NCBI GenBank assembly: GCA_028534125.1
Contig: CM052816.1
Location: forward strand, 41,294,001 to 41,358,000
Direction of reading: 5' to 3'
Source of the DNA: Lama glama
Taxonomy: Eukaryota
Length of the DNA stretch: 64,000 nt
Part shown: positions 27,170 to 40,255 of the stretch, piece by piece
Layout: each line of letters opens with the position of its first letter
Numbering within the stretch: position 1 is the stretch's first letter
The notes under the pieces: generated by a model
What the model saw: only the letters and a program-made list of their open reading frames with translations
Databases searched by the model: none
What the model was told of the DNA's origin: nothing
Made by a program: the position numbers and the translations under genes

Positions 27170-28400
27170 AACGAGCCAAGATCAAAGGAGACTGAAGAAG
27201 CATGACAACTAAGGAGAACCCAAGATTCTGAACTGGATTTTTTTTTTCTTACAAAGAACATAACTGAGATGTTTGGCAAAACTTGAATGGGCTCTGAGAT
27301 CAGATGATGGCAAGGAGTTGATATTAATTAACTGACTCTGATGGTTGACTTGTGATTATGTAGAATGCCTTTATTGTAGGAAATACACGCTGAAGTACTA
27401 GGAGATGGCTGGGCACCACACTACCAGGAAACTCTCACGTATACAGGAAAAAATAATTTTCTGTACTATACTTCCAACTTTTCTATAGGTTTAAGGTTGA
27501 TTTTTAAAAAGTTTTCAATAAACAAAAAATAAGTCACCATTTTGCAACCACAATTATATGATGACCTACACAACAATCAACAATGGATGCTAAAATTATA
27601 GGATATTTTGTAAATATGGTAAATAGTTTAAGCTTCCATAGGTTCTTCTTTATAATGGAGGGTTTGGGCTGACTCCACCTGAACCAATTCATGTACTTTA
27701 AGGTCATTAAATATTAGTCAACAAAAGAGAATATGCTTCATGCTGTGATATACTATTAAGTACACAGTAGACACTGTGAAGCATTCGTCCCTCAAAATTT
27801 GGAACTGATTCTCATAATGCCCGTATCTCTAATGAACAGTGGACAGGATATCCAGATAGAGCAGTCACTTAATAACACCATGAAGAAGTCATCAGCCAAA
27901 TCCAGAGTATACAACATGCTACTGGACAAATGAACTGGTTTCTCCAAGTTAATGACTATGAGAAACAAAAAGTGAAATATGAGGGAGGACTTTGGCAGAA
28001 TAAGAGATTTTAGGGACATGAAAACTAACTGTAACTATGGACCTTGTTTGATCCGGATCTGACTAAGCCAACAGCAAGATGGCATCATTGAGATAATCAG
28101 AAAATGGAATTAAGAACTGTATATAAATGATATGAAAAAATAATTGTTATATTTGTTAAAAATGACTACTGCATAACAGTTTCATTTTAAAATTTCTCTT
28201 TATAGATTAGAAATGTGTATCAGTGAGTTTTATGTAGAATGGTATGATATTGCAGATACACTTTAAAGTACATGAACAAGACAAAAAGTGACAAAACATT
28301 TGGCCAAAGTTGATCATTTTTTAAGTTAAGTATAAGTTTACTATGCTATGCTCTCTTCTTTTATATATATTTGAGAATGTCCATTCTGAAAAAATTATTT
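27170..28400 (+). mobile_element. Old L1MC-type 3' region fragments
   Basis: aaggagactgaagaagcatgacaactaa..aggaaatacacgctgaagtac..; second block ccacctgaaccaa..agagattttagggacatgaaaactaa. Confidence 0.6.
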
Positions 28401-30999
28401 AAAAAATTAGCCTGCCCTTTTTCTAAAATGGCTTTGCATATATTTATTACCCTTTAAGGATACATATCATAAATCAAATGTTAACAAAGAAATTTAGGGA
28501 GAGGAAGAAAGGACACAAGGGGGTTTTGGCTTGTTTTAAACGGTTCAAAATTCAGGAGAGAAGGTGTCAGTTCACATATATTCACACACATATGGTCACT
28601 GAAAAAGAGACCCCTTACTTAACACTGGAAAGAGTTACCATCGGTAGCACCTTGCTAAGGGAAAGAGACTAGTGAAGCACGATTACTATTGGATGAACTT
28701 TAGACTTAATAATTCCAACTGGTGCTTAGAAAGTAACAAGGTGAATCCTCTTAGTCATAAATCATAGCTGTAGCCAGCCTTTCAAGTGAACTCTTGATTC
28801 CGCACATAACGCTGCAGTCCGCAACTTCATCAGAAATACCAAGAAGACCCTTTGCTCCCAGCCTTGTTATACAGAGTCCCCAGCAGACGTTTCAGAAGGT
28901 TTAAAGAGGTCATTATTCTCCCCAGGTGTGGGTATTTCAATTACTGTATCATTAAATAGTCATGAGAATGTCCACAGCCCTTCTACAGATGCAGATTTTG
29001 GAACAGATGGCCCCATGGGTCTGGGATGGACCGTCTGCTAAGGAATCCGTTAACAAGACATCTGAAGTCATAGGATTAAATTCTTTATATTCTAAAGAAA
29101 TATAAACATTGCAGCATGGTGGGAGATAAATTTCTATGTAGAAAATTAATTAAAAATTCATAAATATGTTTCAGGGAAAAATAAAATAACTCAAAAAATA
29201 AAAAATCTTCCTAGGATTTCTTAAGGAAACTGATTTCACTCCAGCCACAAAACTCTTCTTCATAAAGGGACTTGCAGAACATCTTTAACACAGTCAGCAC
29301 CCAAAAACTATTCTACTATGAATGAAAGCAAGATTGCAAACAGAAGAGCACAGAAGCTAGTCCGAAGACTTTGCTTAAACCATGTGAATTTCTTATTTTA
29401 AAACAGCAACACAAAATTCCCTATTGAGTTCTTTCACCAACAATTGACAGGGATCATTATGCCCAATCTAGAGCTGCTAAATCTGAATACCAAAGAGCTT
29501 AATGTAGCTTGCCCCAAACTACTCAACTGTTTCTACTTAATAGGAAAACCAATAGTTGCAAATCAAAAACTCAAGTTTCCAGCAGCCTTTGTATTAGACC
29601 TTCTCTTTTCTGTCTTTTCCCTTAAATGGCTGAGAAGGGGAATAAAGGTAATTTTTGGAAGTGAGATAGATGGACAGAGCAATTCAAAACAAATATAGAG
29701 TGGATCAAGTTTCCTGCAGAGAAAAAACATTACAGAGGTATCACTGTGTGTGGAATGTATCTTCTGGGCTTAATATTTCATATTTAACTTTTTTTCTGCT
29801 GAAATTTATTTTGGAAAATTCAAGCTAAAACATCCCTTTTGGATCCAGGTGTGTCCTTTACCTTTGACCTCAATAGGGGTTCTACACCTATGAAAGCAGA
29901 AATTGGCTTTTTATAGTAGATCGATAAAAGCTCTCTCTGGGAGTGAGCAGAATGCCTCCCAGAAACATTTCTGTCTTTACATCTCATAAAATGACCTCAA
30001 TATCTGGAAGAAAAAATATTCTCTCTGTTTTCCCATCCAATTCTATTTCCCCATATCACAGAGACTGCACATTGCTTATACTATGCAGTGCACCAAGACA
30101 ACTGAGAGAGAGATTTATCATGTTCTAATACTCCTCAGTTTAGAGAGGTCTTGCTGCTGTTCCATTTCACTTGCGTGCATCCAGAGAACAGAGAAATTGG
30201 ACTCAAGTACTCAATATAAGTAAATATTCCATCAGAGAAGTCAGTAAATACATCCTCTGTCCTGTCTTCTTCTCATCTTTCCTTTCTTCATCTTCATCTT
30301 CCCCTCACATTCAATTTTCCTTTTCTTACATAAATGTACAAAACTGAATACTCTATAATATTTTTCAAAATTGTGTTCACTACCTTTTAACTACCAGCAC
30401 TTACTATGGATAAAAAGCATCTCTTCAGGCAAGTTGACACAAATCACATACAACTTTCAAGTAAATTACACTAGATTTAGGGAAAACATTTTAGATTCTA
30501 TTTTCACATATAATTTCCTGGAAAATATTTAGATTAAAGGAATGCTGCAAGCCAGCATGTCATGCTTTTCCACAAAATAAGTAATTTTAAGAAAACTCCT
30601 GTCATTGGAATTTAGCTATCTTGATGTACACAACCTCAGAATTATATTTTTTAAAGCTAGTAACCTGGATTTCAAAGGGAGAAAGCACAGACTTCAGTTT
30701 AAGATTTTTGATCATCTCTCCTTTAGTTTTCTCAATATCGTTCAATAAATAGCTCTCATTTCAAGGCCATAAGTGTGTATGTATACAAGTAAAGCACTAC
30801 TGTAGCAAGTCCATCGCCAACTTAGCAGTTTCCCAGTGGGACTTGAAGATGTGCACCTTTCTGCGGCACCTTCAGTGCTCCCACTTCAGGCACTTAAGTC
30901 AGTGAGTTCAGGTACTCACCAAGCCCAAAACTTACCTGGCTCATTCTTACATCTAAATCTTTGTTCATACACCCTTCCTCATACTTGAATTATCTACAC

Positions 31000-31200
31000 T
31001 TGTGCCCTCAATATGGTAGCTATGTGGCTATTTAAATGTTCATTTTAATTAGCTGAAGTTAAATAAAATTTAAGTTCCTCAGTCCCCCTTGCTTTATTTC
31101 AAGTACTCAGTAGCCATACGTGGCCAGTTGGTACCATACCAGACAGTGCAAATATAGAACTCTTCCATCATCACAGAAAGTTCCGTCGGACAGAGATTAC
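31000..31200. mobile_element. MER3-type hAT-Charlie MITE
   Basis: atgtggctatttaaat..tttcaagtactcagtagccatacgtggccag..tccatcatcacagaaagttc. Confidence 0.75.
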
Positions 31201-31919
31201 CTATATTACCTTTAACTTTGTGCATACTATCTGCCCATGTCCCCAGTTACCAACAAAAACTCCTTCCAGATAAATCTCATACATCCTTCAGAGCTTCCAC
31301 TCTCCTGTCGAACTCTCACTATTCTAAACTCCATGGCTCTTATTTCAAGGCCACTTGTCACTGCAATCCTGCTGTGTATTACTAAGCTTTTCTGTATATA
31401 TCCTTTCTCATCAACTACCATATTCACTCAGTCTCCAAATACTCCTCAGGCACCCCACACAGTAGGCACTATTCTGAGTTCTGGGAAGTGATGTTCATCA
31501 AAACAGACAAGAGTATGAGCTCCTTCAAGTCAGAGCCAACATTTCTTTGATTTCTCTAGCACTTAGAACAAACTAAGGACACAGTAAGGGAATGAACGAG
31601 ATACTTATCAGGCAGCTTTAGAATTCTAAGTTTTAAAGAAGGAAGTGAACAATAAAACTAAGAAATATTTTGACAGGAGGAAATTTGGTGCCTTTTTCTC
31701 ACTGCATCTACATCCTGAATTAGATATTCACTGGGTCACATAACATGCTGTTTTATGAATACATTTGTCAAAGTATTCAGCCAAGGGCATCATTTTCACA
31801 ACTTTTTTAAAACATCATTGAGTTACTGAGGCAATTAGCCATCACGTGCATGAGGCTATATGTTGAGCTCTTTCATAAAAGAGAATATTTATTTCAAGCA
31901 TAAAAGACGACGCATATTT

Positions 31920-32340
31920 GTTACAGTAAAGGGTAAGGTACTCTAACAAAGAGATAAAAGCAGTGGCTTTTATAAGATATAACTTTTCTTTCATATAACA
32001 ATCCCAAGGGGAGTATTCAAGGTTGCTGGGGGAGTTCTGCTACACAAGGTCCTTCAGGATTGCAGGTCCTTTTCCTCATATTGCTCCACCACTCCCCTAA
32101 GGTATTACTTTCATCGGCGTGGTTGAAGCCAGGTCACAAACACATTAGGCTTCTACTCACAAGAAGGGGAAAAAGAGAGGAAACCCAGAATTTTTTTTTT
32201 TAAGCAAATGAGTCTGAAGTTGTCCACACCACTTCTATTCCCATTCTACTGGTGATAACTTAGCCAAACAGGCACTCTTGACCAAAAGAATTCTGGGAAA
32301 TATAGTCTCTAACTAGATGGCTATTTGCTCCTAAAGAAAG
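31920..32340 (-). mobile_element. Old MaLR LTR (MLT1)
   Basis: cagtggcttttataagatataac..accacttctattcccattctactgg..ctgggaaatatagtct. Confidence 0.6.
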
Positions 32341-33476
32341 AGAAAAGGGAATGGTAGGAGGAAGGGGAGTCTACCAGTGAAATTACTTTAGCTGTTCTAC
32401 CTGGAGAAACCGTTCTCTTAGGTTATTATTCCATTCATATATAATGCATGAACGAACTACCAGAAGAATTATAATTCTAAGTACATGCCTGTTGAAGAAA
32501 GCACTATCATGTTCTATTTAGAATTCACATTGTCATTTTCCAAAATTTACATATGATCTGAAATAAGGCTGATAAAAGGAATTCTTATCAGTTAATGGTA
32601 GGTTTGAATAAATGCTATTGACTTAGTATATTACTATTTTATAATGTACGTACAATACATGAGCCTGCCTCAAAGAGCATAGGACTTCAAAGGAGACCAG
32701 CAGAAGGCAGCACATACAGAATTATAAATACACGGTGCGTTCAGCAAAAGCTCAAATAAAATTAAGAAGTGTGCCATCTATGTCATCTCTCCTTTTTCTC
32801 TACTTCAACACTCGGGATCTTCCCAAAAACAACACCAACTCTTTAAAGGCTCTTTAAACAACAAGAACACCAACACTTTGGAGATCCTGCTCCCTGTAGG
32901 AGAAAGATTATACCTGCAAATCCATGAGTATGAGTTTGTTCAAGTAATATTCTTCAGAGAATATTCATGTTTTAATGGAAGTCTGTAGGCAAAAAGACAT
33001 AAATGACTGAATCTGAAATGCTCATATTTCAGGATTTAGACTCCTAGATGAGGGAAGTACGTAAGTTAATTTGATTCCTGCCAGTTCTTACAAGTTTTGC
33101 AGTACTAGGAATCAGTTAATTGTAACCTATACACACTCTGGCCTTCCTGCATTCACATGATTTGACCAGCAAATGTTTGCACCCTCTTTTTCTTGCGCAG
33201 CTTCAAGTGTGCAGTTTTTCCCTGAGGACAAAGCTTTCCCATCAACTCTACTTTGACACTGCCACTGGGGACAAACTAGTGAGCTTGATGTTCCCTGAAA
33301 CTAAATTATTATGTTCTTAGAATTCTAACTTATGACAGTGACCCAGAAAACTGTAAGAATATTGCCTGCTGCCAGCTTTGAGAAATATCTTATTGAACCC
33401 AGTCCTTGGCAATGTCACTCAAATATTAATCTACCCACTTGTTCCAGCTGACAACTAGATTGCAACTAACATAAAC

Positions 33477-33494
33477 AGATAGATAGATGATGAT

Positions 33495-33540
<46 letters not shown>

Positions 33541-33558
33541 AAGAAAGAAAGAAAGAAA
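33477..33558. repeat. Compound microsatellite (GATA)n-(GAAA)n
   Basis: Directly visible tandem tetranucleotide runs. Confidence 0.97.
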
Positions 33559-33679
33559 AATGTGACTCCTGTTCATTTCTCCAAATCCAAAGGCTGTTCA
33601 ACCATACTCAGAGGCTACTGAAAACTTGTGAGGGTGTTAGAAGCTTTTTAGGAGTAAAATCCTACTAAAGAAAAATAGT

Positions 33680-34168
33680 GTTCCAGGTTTTTGGTATCAC
33701 ATCATACAACAATTTACAATGATCCCTCACATCCCTGACTTGGCTGAAACAGCCAGACAGGTTTTGCAGACAGTGATTGCAGTCAGCAAGTACCCAGAGC
33801 TAAATTCATCCAGAGGCTCTATTGGGCTGACATCTAAGATGGCTGATTCACAAGGCTGACAACCGATGCTGGCTGCAGGATCGGAGATCAGTGGAGCTGT
33901 TGTCCAGAGCTCCTGGACCAGATCTCTACGTGTGGCTTATGCTTTTCACTATGGTGGCTTCATTCCAAGAGGGTCTATTCCAAGAGACCAAACGTGGAAG
34001 CTGCCATTCCCTTCAGGTCTAGCCCTGACAACCGGCACAGCATCAGCCCTGTAGTACTTTGTTGTCTAAGCAGTAACAGAGCTCACCCCGATTCAAGGGG
34101 AGGGGCCACAGACTCACTTCTCAATGGAGAAGGGTCAGAGAATTTGTGGACACCTTTCATTGGTCACA
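33680..34168 (-). mobile_element. MaLR LTR (MLT1G/H-like)
   Basis: catctaagatggctgattcacaaggctgac..gattcaaggggagggg..cacttctcaatggagaag. Confidence 0.7.
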
Positions 34169-34649
34169 CGTGGCTAGATATCCTCACTGCAGATGTAAGG
34201 AACAGCAAAGAGATGATTAAGAACTTTTCTTTTTTTTGTATTACCAGATAATTAAGCTAAAAGTGATATTTCAGAACAAAATAATTTACTTCAAATTACT
34301 TCAAATGAAGTTCATCTGGCCACTAAGGAATTACAAAAGTCCTGTTATGATGATTACTTTGTAAGTTATGGAGCTCTCTTCAACAGAAGCAAAGCGCTTG
34401 ATAATTAAAGTCAGATCCTAAGGTAGCAATAAATATAAAAATAAGAACTTAATAGTTATACTCAGAATACCCTAAATTATAAAGAAAGAAAAAGTTAATA
34501 AGTCTTTCATGAAAAAGAAACAAGGATAAATTTTAATTAACGTATCAGCCACCACCTGTTCATCATTCAAAGTGAATTTTAAAGAGAGAGATCTAAATTT
34601 CTCCAAAGATATTCCAGTGAAACATAAAACATTTGCAAACAACAAAAAA

Positions 34650-35048
34650 AAAGCACCCAGGCTCCTTGTCAGTCCCATTTTCTTTTTCTGAGCCTCCATA
34701 AGGCTACATACCCCGCCTCCCTTGTGGTTAGTTAGGGCTACACAATGGGGTTCTGGCCAGCAGAACGTGTACAGAATTGATGTGCGCCACTTCTCAAACT
34801 GTAAATCAGCCTGCACAATCCTGCATGCTTCCTCTCTTTGCTTCTTAGCCAGACAGATGAAAGAGATAGAATGGAGGACTTCCAGTAGCCTCTAAGGGTC
34901 AACAAAGACAAGTCACCTTCTGGTAGAGATTTGCCCTGTCCACATCTGACATAAACAAGGAAAAAAAAAATCCTTTTTTTGTGCTAAACCACTGACACAT
35001 GGGACTTGCCTGTTACAGCCACTACTATTAAATACATTGATCAATACA
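34650..35048 (+). mobile_element. MaLR LTR (MLT1-type)
   Basis: cctcccttgtggttagttagggc..ttctggccagcagaacgtg..gctaaaccactgacacatggg..tgatcaataca. Confidence 0.65.
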
Positions 35049-36732
35049 GAAGGTAAAACTTAGTATCTCACCTCCCTTCTAAAATAGACATTGTCATCAC
35101 CTCCTTTGGAATGCTTCATGTGTCTCGGTAATTCAAAATTGACAGGCACCAGAGATGTCATTTGCCTGATCTATTTTCTTGATGCCAGTAACCACACTGC
35201 CACCAATGAATAAAACACTTATCAACACCCAGACTCTGAGAAATATACATTGTAGAAAGCAGCAACGTGGAATCCTATGTTGCCATGACAACAAGAACAT
35301 AATTCCATTTCAAAAGGTTCACCAGCTACTGTATGAAAAATAAACTTCTCTTCCAAAAAAGCTTTTTAAAATGTTGCATGCAGTAAGGAAAGTACTGAAC
35401 ATCTTACTCTAAAAAAATGGTTACACTCTTTGGTTCTATCAGTACCAACTGTAACCATTAGTAAAAAGCCACTTTGGTTTTTCAGGTATCCCTAAAATGT
35501 AAATGCCAACAACAGAAGGAAACTTCCAGATAGTGTATCATTTCTTCTGTTAGAGAATAAAGTAGCTTTTCCTGTAACAGTCATGAAAGCTCAGTAGTTT
35601 CCTCAAAATAAAATGTTTGTATCTAATAAACTAACCTTATGAATAAACCCATATGCTAAAAGTCTTGCTCTTTTAAATAAATACACTCTTCAAAATTACA
35701 CGATACTGATACACTTTGAGGCTACATGATTAGTAATATTTATAGATATAGATTATTTTAGAATTATACATAACCCTACAGATCAATCAGTCCAAATTAT
35801 TTATATTAAGGATTAAGAAATTGAGACTCAGATGCTTAGTGACTCAGCAATGTCACAAGATTAACTAATATGATTTTGTGCTATCATACTGTTTTTGTAG
35901 TACTGTTCTGTTAATATTATTTTTATACTGTACAGTGTTTTCTATTAAAAGTAATCAAAGTATCCACACTTTCAGCAATTACTTTAGAATGTTTACATGA
36001 TCACTATTGTAATCCCTAAGGATTTTTAAAATTATTTTGCCAAGCTTATACTTCAGCATGTAGAAGTAAATTCTAACATAATCTTTTTGACTATAAGGAG
36101 CCTAATGAAAAAATAAATGAGTGTCTTGACTGTTTCAAAATCTTCCTTGTTCTTCACTATCTTTTGAAAAATACCATAAAAATTTATCAAGTTTTTATTA
36201 ACTATAAAGGAAATAATCTTATCTAATGAAAACTGTCCATTATTATATATCTAATAATAAATATAGTATAATTTTAAGTGCAAGGCTGTGTTACTCCAGT
36301 TGTATACATTAACTGACTACCCAACATTAATGTTCTCCTTTTACAACTTAGATAAGAACATTTCAATTAAATTATTAAAGTAACTGAGATCAAATTTATT
36401 TCATTTATAGCAATTATACAATATTATGTTTAAAGTGCTTCAAAACTGAAAACAATTAGTTTACCAGTTTGGCAGATGTGACATTGAAATTACACTCACT
36501 GTTAATTTTCTTAGCAAACATTTTTTCATGAAAATATAAAGGTAAATTTTAGTTAAGCGCCTCTCCAAATAAATGTAAATTTATAATTAAATGAAATTCT
36601 AAATAAAATATTTTTGTATCTTAATAGTGATTTCAGATTTCAATAACAAGAAAAAATTAAGTGTGGCAGAAAATATTTATTGTAATATTTTCTAAAATAA
36701 AAAAATAAGGAAGTCAAGAAAAGAGCTTATAA

Positions 36733-37056
36733 CACAAATGAACTTATTTACAAAACAGAAACAGACTCACAGACACAAAAAACAAACTTATGATTACCGG
36801 GAGGGAAAGGTGGTAGGAAGGGATAAATTGGGAGTTCAAGATTTGCAGACACTTAACTAATATATATAAAGTAGATACACAACAAGTTTCGTCTGTATAT
36901 CACAGGGAACTATATTAAATATCTTAAAGTAGCCTATAATGAAAAAGAATATGAAAATGAGTATATGTCTGTATATGTATGACTGAAACATTGTGCTGTA
37001 CACCAGACATTGACACAACATTGTAAACTGACTATACTTCAATAAAAAAAAAAAAA
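36733..37056 (+). mobile_element. Camelid L1 3' end
   Basis: L1 3' UTR plus poly(A); TSD aaaagagcttataa (36719-36732) / aaaagagtttataa (37053-37066). Confidence 0.92.
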
Positions 37057-37757
37057 GAGTTTATAAAGGAAAATATTTTTCCACCAGCCCCTATTTTTTA
37101 AGCCTTAGCATTGCAAAACAATCAATTTAGAAATTAGATCTATCAATGTTCTGCCCAAGTAATTCCTCATATATTTCATATAATTCCTCATATATCTGAT
37201 ATACTTCAAAGGTAGAAGGACAAAATTATGGAGAGACTCAAGTATACGGACAGGTAATGTATGAGCTTCCCATCTTTTATGTCCACCAGTATCTTTCTTT
37301 TCTGAAGTTCTTGGTTTCCTCTGTAACTGTCTACCTACTTTATATCACAGCCCAAAACAGTTAGATGATAAGGTGTACCAACCCCTTCCCAGACCCCACC
37401 CTCCCCTGCCACTGCCAAAAATATGCTGAAAAGGAGACTCAGCCTTTCTGCCACTTACTGGCCTATATTAGGGAATAGGGCCTAAATAAAACAGAAGCAA
37501 TGCGTTTACATACCTACCTGTCAGCTCATCCCATAAACCACCGTATCTAATCTGATGCTTATTTTGAAAATGTTAAATTTAACCCTTCTTTGATTTAACC
37601 CTTTCCATCCTGGCAAAGTTAATATGGCATTGGTAAGAGATTATCATTCCCATCTTACTTTTAAAGCACAGAAAAAAATAATTACCCAAAGGAATAAAAT
37701 AATTTTAGGAGCAGAAGAAGATTTACAAACTGTCCCTTTATCAAAAGGACAATACTG

Positions 37758-39197
37758 ACAGAAAATAAACAAGGCAACAGAGAAATTAAATACTACAATA
37801 GAAAAACTAGATTTGGTGGATATTTTCAAAGCATTACACCCCCCAAAAATAGGATATACATTCTTTTCAAGTGCACATGGAACATTTTCCAGGATCGATC
37901 ATGTACTAGGGCACAAAAGAAACCTCAACAATTTTAAGAAGATAGAAATTATCTCAAGCATCTTTACTGACCACAATGCCATGAAACTGGAAATCAACAA
38001 CAGAGAAACAAAGGAGAAAAAAAAGAAAGAATGGAGATTAAACACTATGTTATTGAAAAAACAATGGATCAATGAGGAAATCAAAACTGAAATTAAAAAA
38101 TACCTTGAGACAAATGATAATGAAAGCACAACCTCTCAAAACCTATGGGACACACCAAAGGCAGTGCTAAGAGGGAAGTTTATAGTGATACAGGCCTTCC
38201 TCAAAAAAGAAGAACAATCTCAAATAAACAAATTAACCCACCACCTGAATCAATTAGAAAAAGAAGAACAAAAAGCCCCAAAAAGCAGCAGAAGGGAGGA
38301 AATAATAAAGATCAGAGAGGAATTAAATACAATAGNNNNNNNNNNNNNNNNNNNNNNNNNNNNNNNNNNNNNNNNNNNNNNNNNNNNNNNNNNNNNNNNN
38401 NNNNNNNNNNNNNNNNNNNNNNNNNNNNNNNNNNNNNNNNNNNNNNNNNNNNNNNNNNNNNNNNNNNNNNNNNNNNNNNNNNNNNNNNNNNNNNNNNNNN
38501 NNNNNNNNNNNNNNNNNNNNNNNNNNNNNNNNNNNNNNNNNNNNNNNNNNNNNNNNNNNNNNNNNNNNNNNNNNNNNNNNNNNNNNNNNNNNNNNNNNNN
38601 NNNNNNNNNNNNNNNNNNNNNNNNNNNNNNNNNNNNNNNNNNNNNNNNNNNNNNNNNNNNNNNNNNNNNNNNNNNNNNNNNNNNNNNNNNNNNNNNNNNN
38701 NNNNNNNNNNNNNNNNNNNNNNNNNNNNNNNNNNNNNNNNNNNNNNNNNNNNNNNNNNNNNNNNNNNNNNNNNNNNNNNNNNNNNNNNNNNNNNNNNNNN
38801 NNNNNNNNNNNNNNNNNNNNNNNNNNNNNNNNNNNTCATATGTGGAATCTAAAAAACAAAAACAAAAACAAAAACAAACAAACAAACAAAAACAAAGCAT
38901 AAATACAGGACAGAAATAGACTCACAGACAGAGAAGACAGACTTGTGGTTACCAGGGGGGTGGAGGGTGGGAAGGGATAGACTGGGATTTCAAAATTGTA
39001 GAATAGATAAACAAGATTACACTGTATAGCACAGGGAAATATACACAAAATGTTAATGATAACTCACAGAAAAAAAAAATGTGACAATGAGGGTGTATAT
39101 GTCCATGAATGACTGAAAAATTGTGCTGAACACTGGAATTTGACACAACATTGTAAAATGATTATAAATCAATAAAAAATGTTTAAAAAAAAAAAAA
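37758..39197 (+). mobile_element. Young camelid L1, 5'-truncated within the ORF2 endonuclease domain
   Basis: Open frame from 37759 (QKINKATEKLNTTIEKLDLVDIF..SRIDH..TDHNAMKLEI) up to the gap; ORF2 end ICGI* at 38852; 3' UTR, AATAAA 39171-39176, A13 at 39185-39197. Confidence 0.95.
38336..38835. other. Assembly gap (500 N)
   Basis: Run of Ns inside the L1. Confidence 1.
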
Positions 39198-40027
39198 GAA
39201 AAAAGAGCAACAGAATACAGAGGTTGCTGGGAAGACGAGCCCAAGCCTCAGCCCACCGGCTGGAAGTTTCCCGCAGAGGGAAACAAGCTGCAGGTTTATG
39301 GGAGGTCCGAGGCTAGAAGACCAGGGAAGACCAGGTCCTTTGCCAAAGAAGTGACTAGGAAGCATCCTCCAGCCTCCCGGACTGTGTCGCCCACTCTCCG
39401 CCCAGGGCTGGATGCGTATGTACACCCGGGACACGGGGGCCCTGCGGACTGAGATGCCAGGAGGAGTCCACATTAAGGAAGAAGCCACCAGACCTCCGGT
39501 TCTTATTGAGTGTCTGTGGAAGCTGATTTCTGACATGTAGGGTGCCCACAGCCGACTCAAGCTCCCTGAATTCACACTAGACCCCAAGCGTAGAGGCAGA
39601 GGGCTGGGCCTCTCTGCAGGGCCACAGTCTGCAGGGCCGCTGTGAAAGCCTGATGTTGGAGGGAGTACCCCTAGAAAGAGATAAAGAACCTCAAAGATTT
39701 TCTAACTTGGAAAATGTTCATGACGTAGTAAGTGGAGAATTCAGCTCATAAAACTGGATGTATAGAGCAGCCCCACTCCTATAAATAAACATACGCATCT
39801 CCACGTGCTGTGTGTTTGTGTGTGTGTGTGTGTGTGTACGCGTGTACAGTGTGTGTGCGTGCGTGTGCGTGTGCCAACATTTAAAAGATGCTGAAGTCAC
39901 ACACACTAAAACACTAATGTTGGTTATCTTGCAGGGAGAGGAAGGGGGCTTGTAGGTGATGAATTTATTTCCTTTTCTCAAGCATCGTTTTCTACAATAA
40001 ACATATATGACTTGGAAAAAAAAAAAA
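39198..40027 (+). other. L1 3'-transduced sequence with its own poly(A) signal and tail
   Basis: Lies between the L1 poly(A) and a second poly(A) (40016-40027), with AATAAA at 39996-40001; the whole unit is bounded by TSD AAAAGGACAATACTG (37743-37757 / 40024-40038). Confidence 0.88.
39808..39873. repeat. (TG)n microsatellite, imperfect
   Basis: Visible tandem repeat inside the transduced segment. Confidence 0.9.
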
Positions 40028-40227
40028 GGACAATACTGTCTCCCTATTCACACACAGACACACCTGTGCTGAGTTACTAACAGAATGACATAAAAATATG
40101 ACTTTAAATCACCACCACCACCATCATCACCATCTAGACTAGATACTGGTCCACCATGTTTGTCTCTATCTCAGAGTAAAAATTCTTAACACCATCATAA
40201 AACGTTGTAAGTTTTTCGTAATTTCTG

Positions 40228-40255
40228 TTTGGTTTGGTTTGGTTTGGTTTGGTTT
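40228..40255. repeat. (TTTGG)n microsatellite
   Basis: Visible pentanucleotide tandem repeat. Confidence 0.9.

Noticed and set aside
30914..30938. Two consensus minus-strand donors (CAG|GTAAGT, TTG|GTGAGT)
   Set aside because: Upstream sequence looks repeat-derived and has no matching acceptor; such motifs are frequent by chance.
37160..37195. Duplicated taattcctcatatat
   Set aside because: Ordinary slippage duplication.
37813..38919. 368-aa ORF and other ORFs spanning 38145-38900
   Set aside because: Length is an artefact of reading through Ns; the real part is truncated L1 ORF2, not a host gene.
39205..39660. CpG-rich patch as a native promoter or CpG island, and ORF 39183-39587
   Set aside because: It lies inside the L1 TSDs, so it is imported sequence; it is short, and the ORF resembles no protein I recognise.
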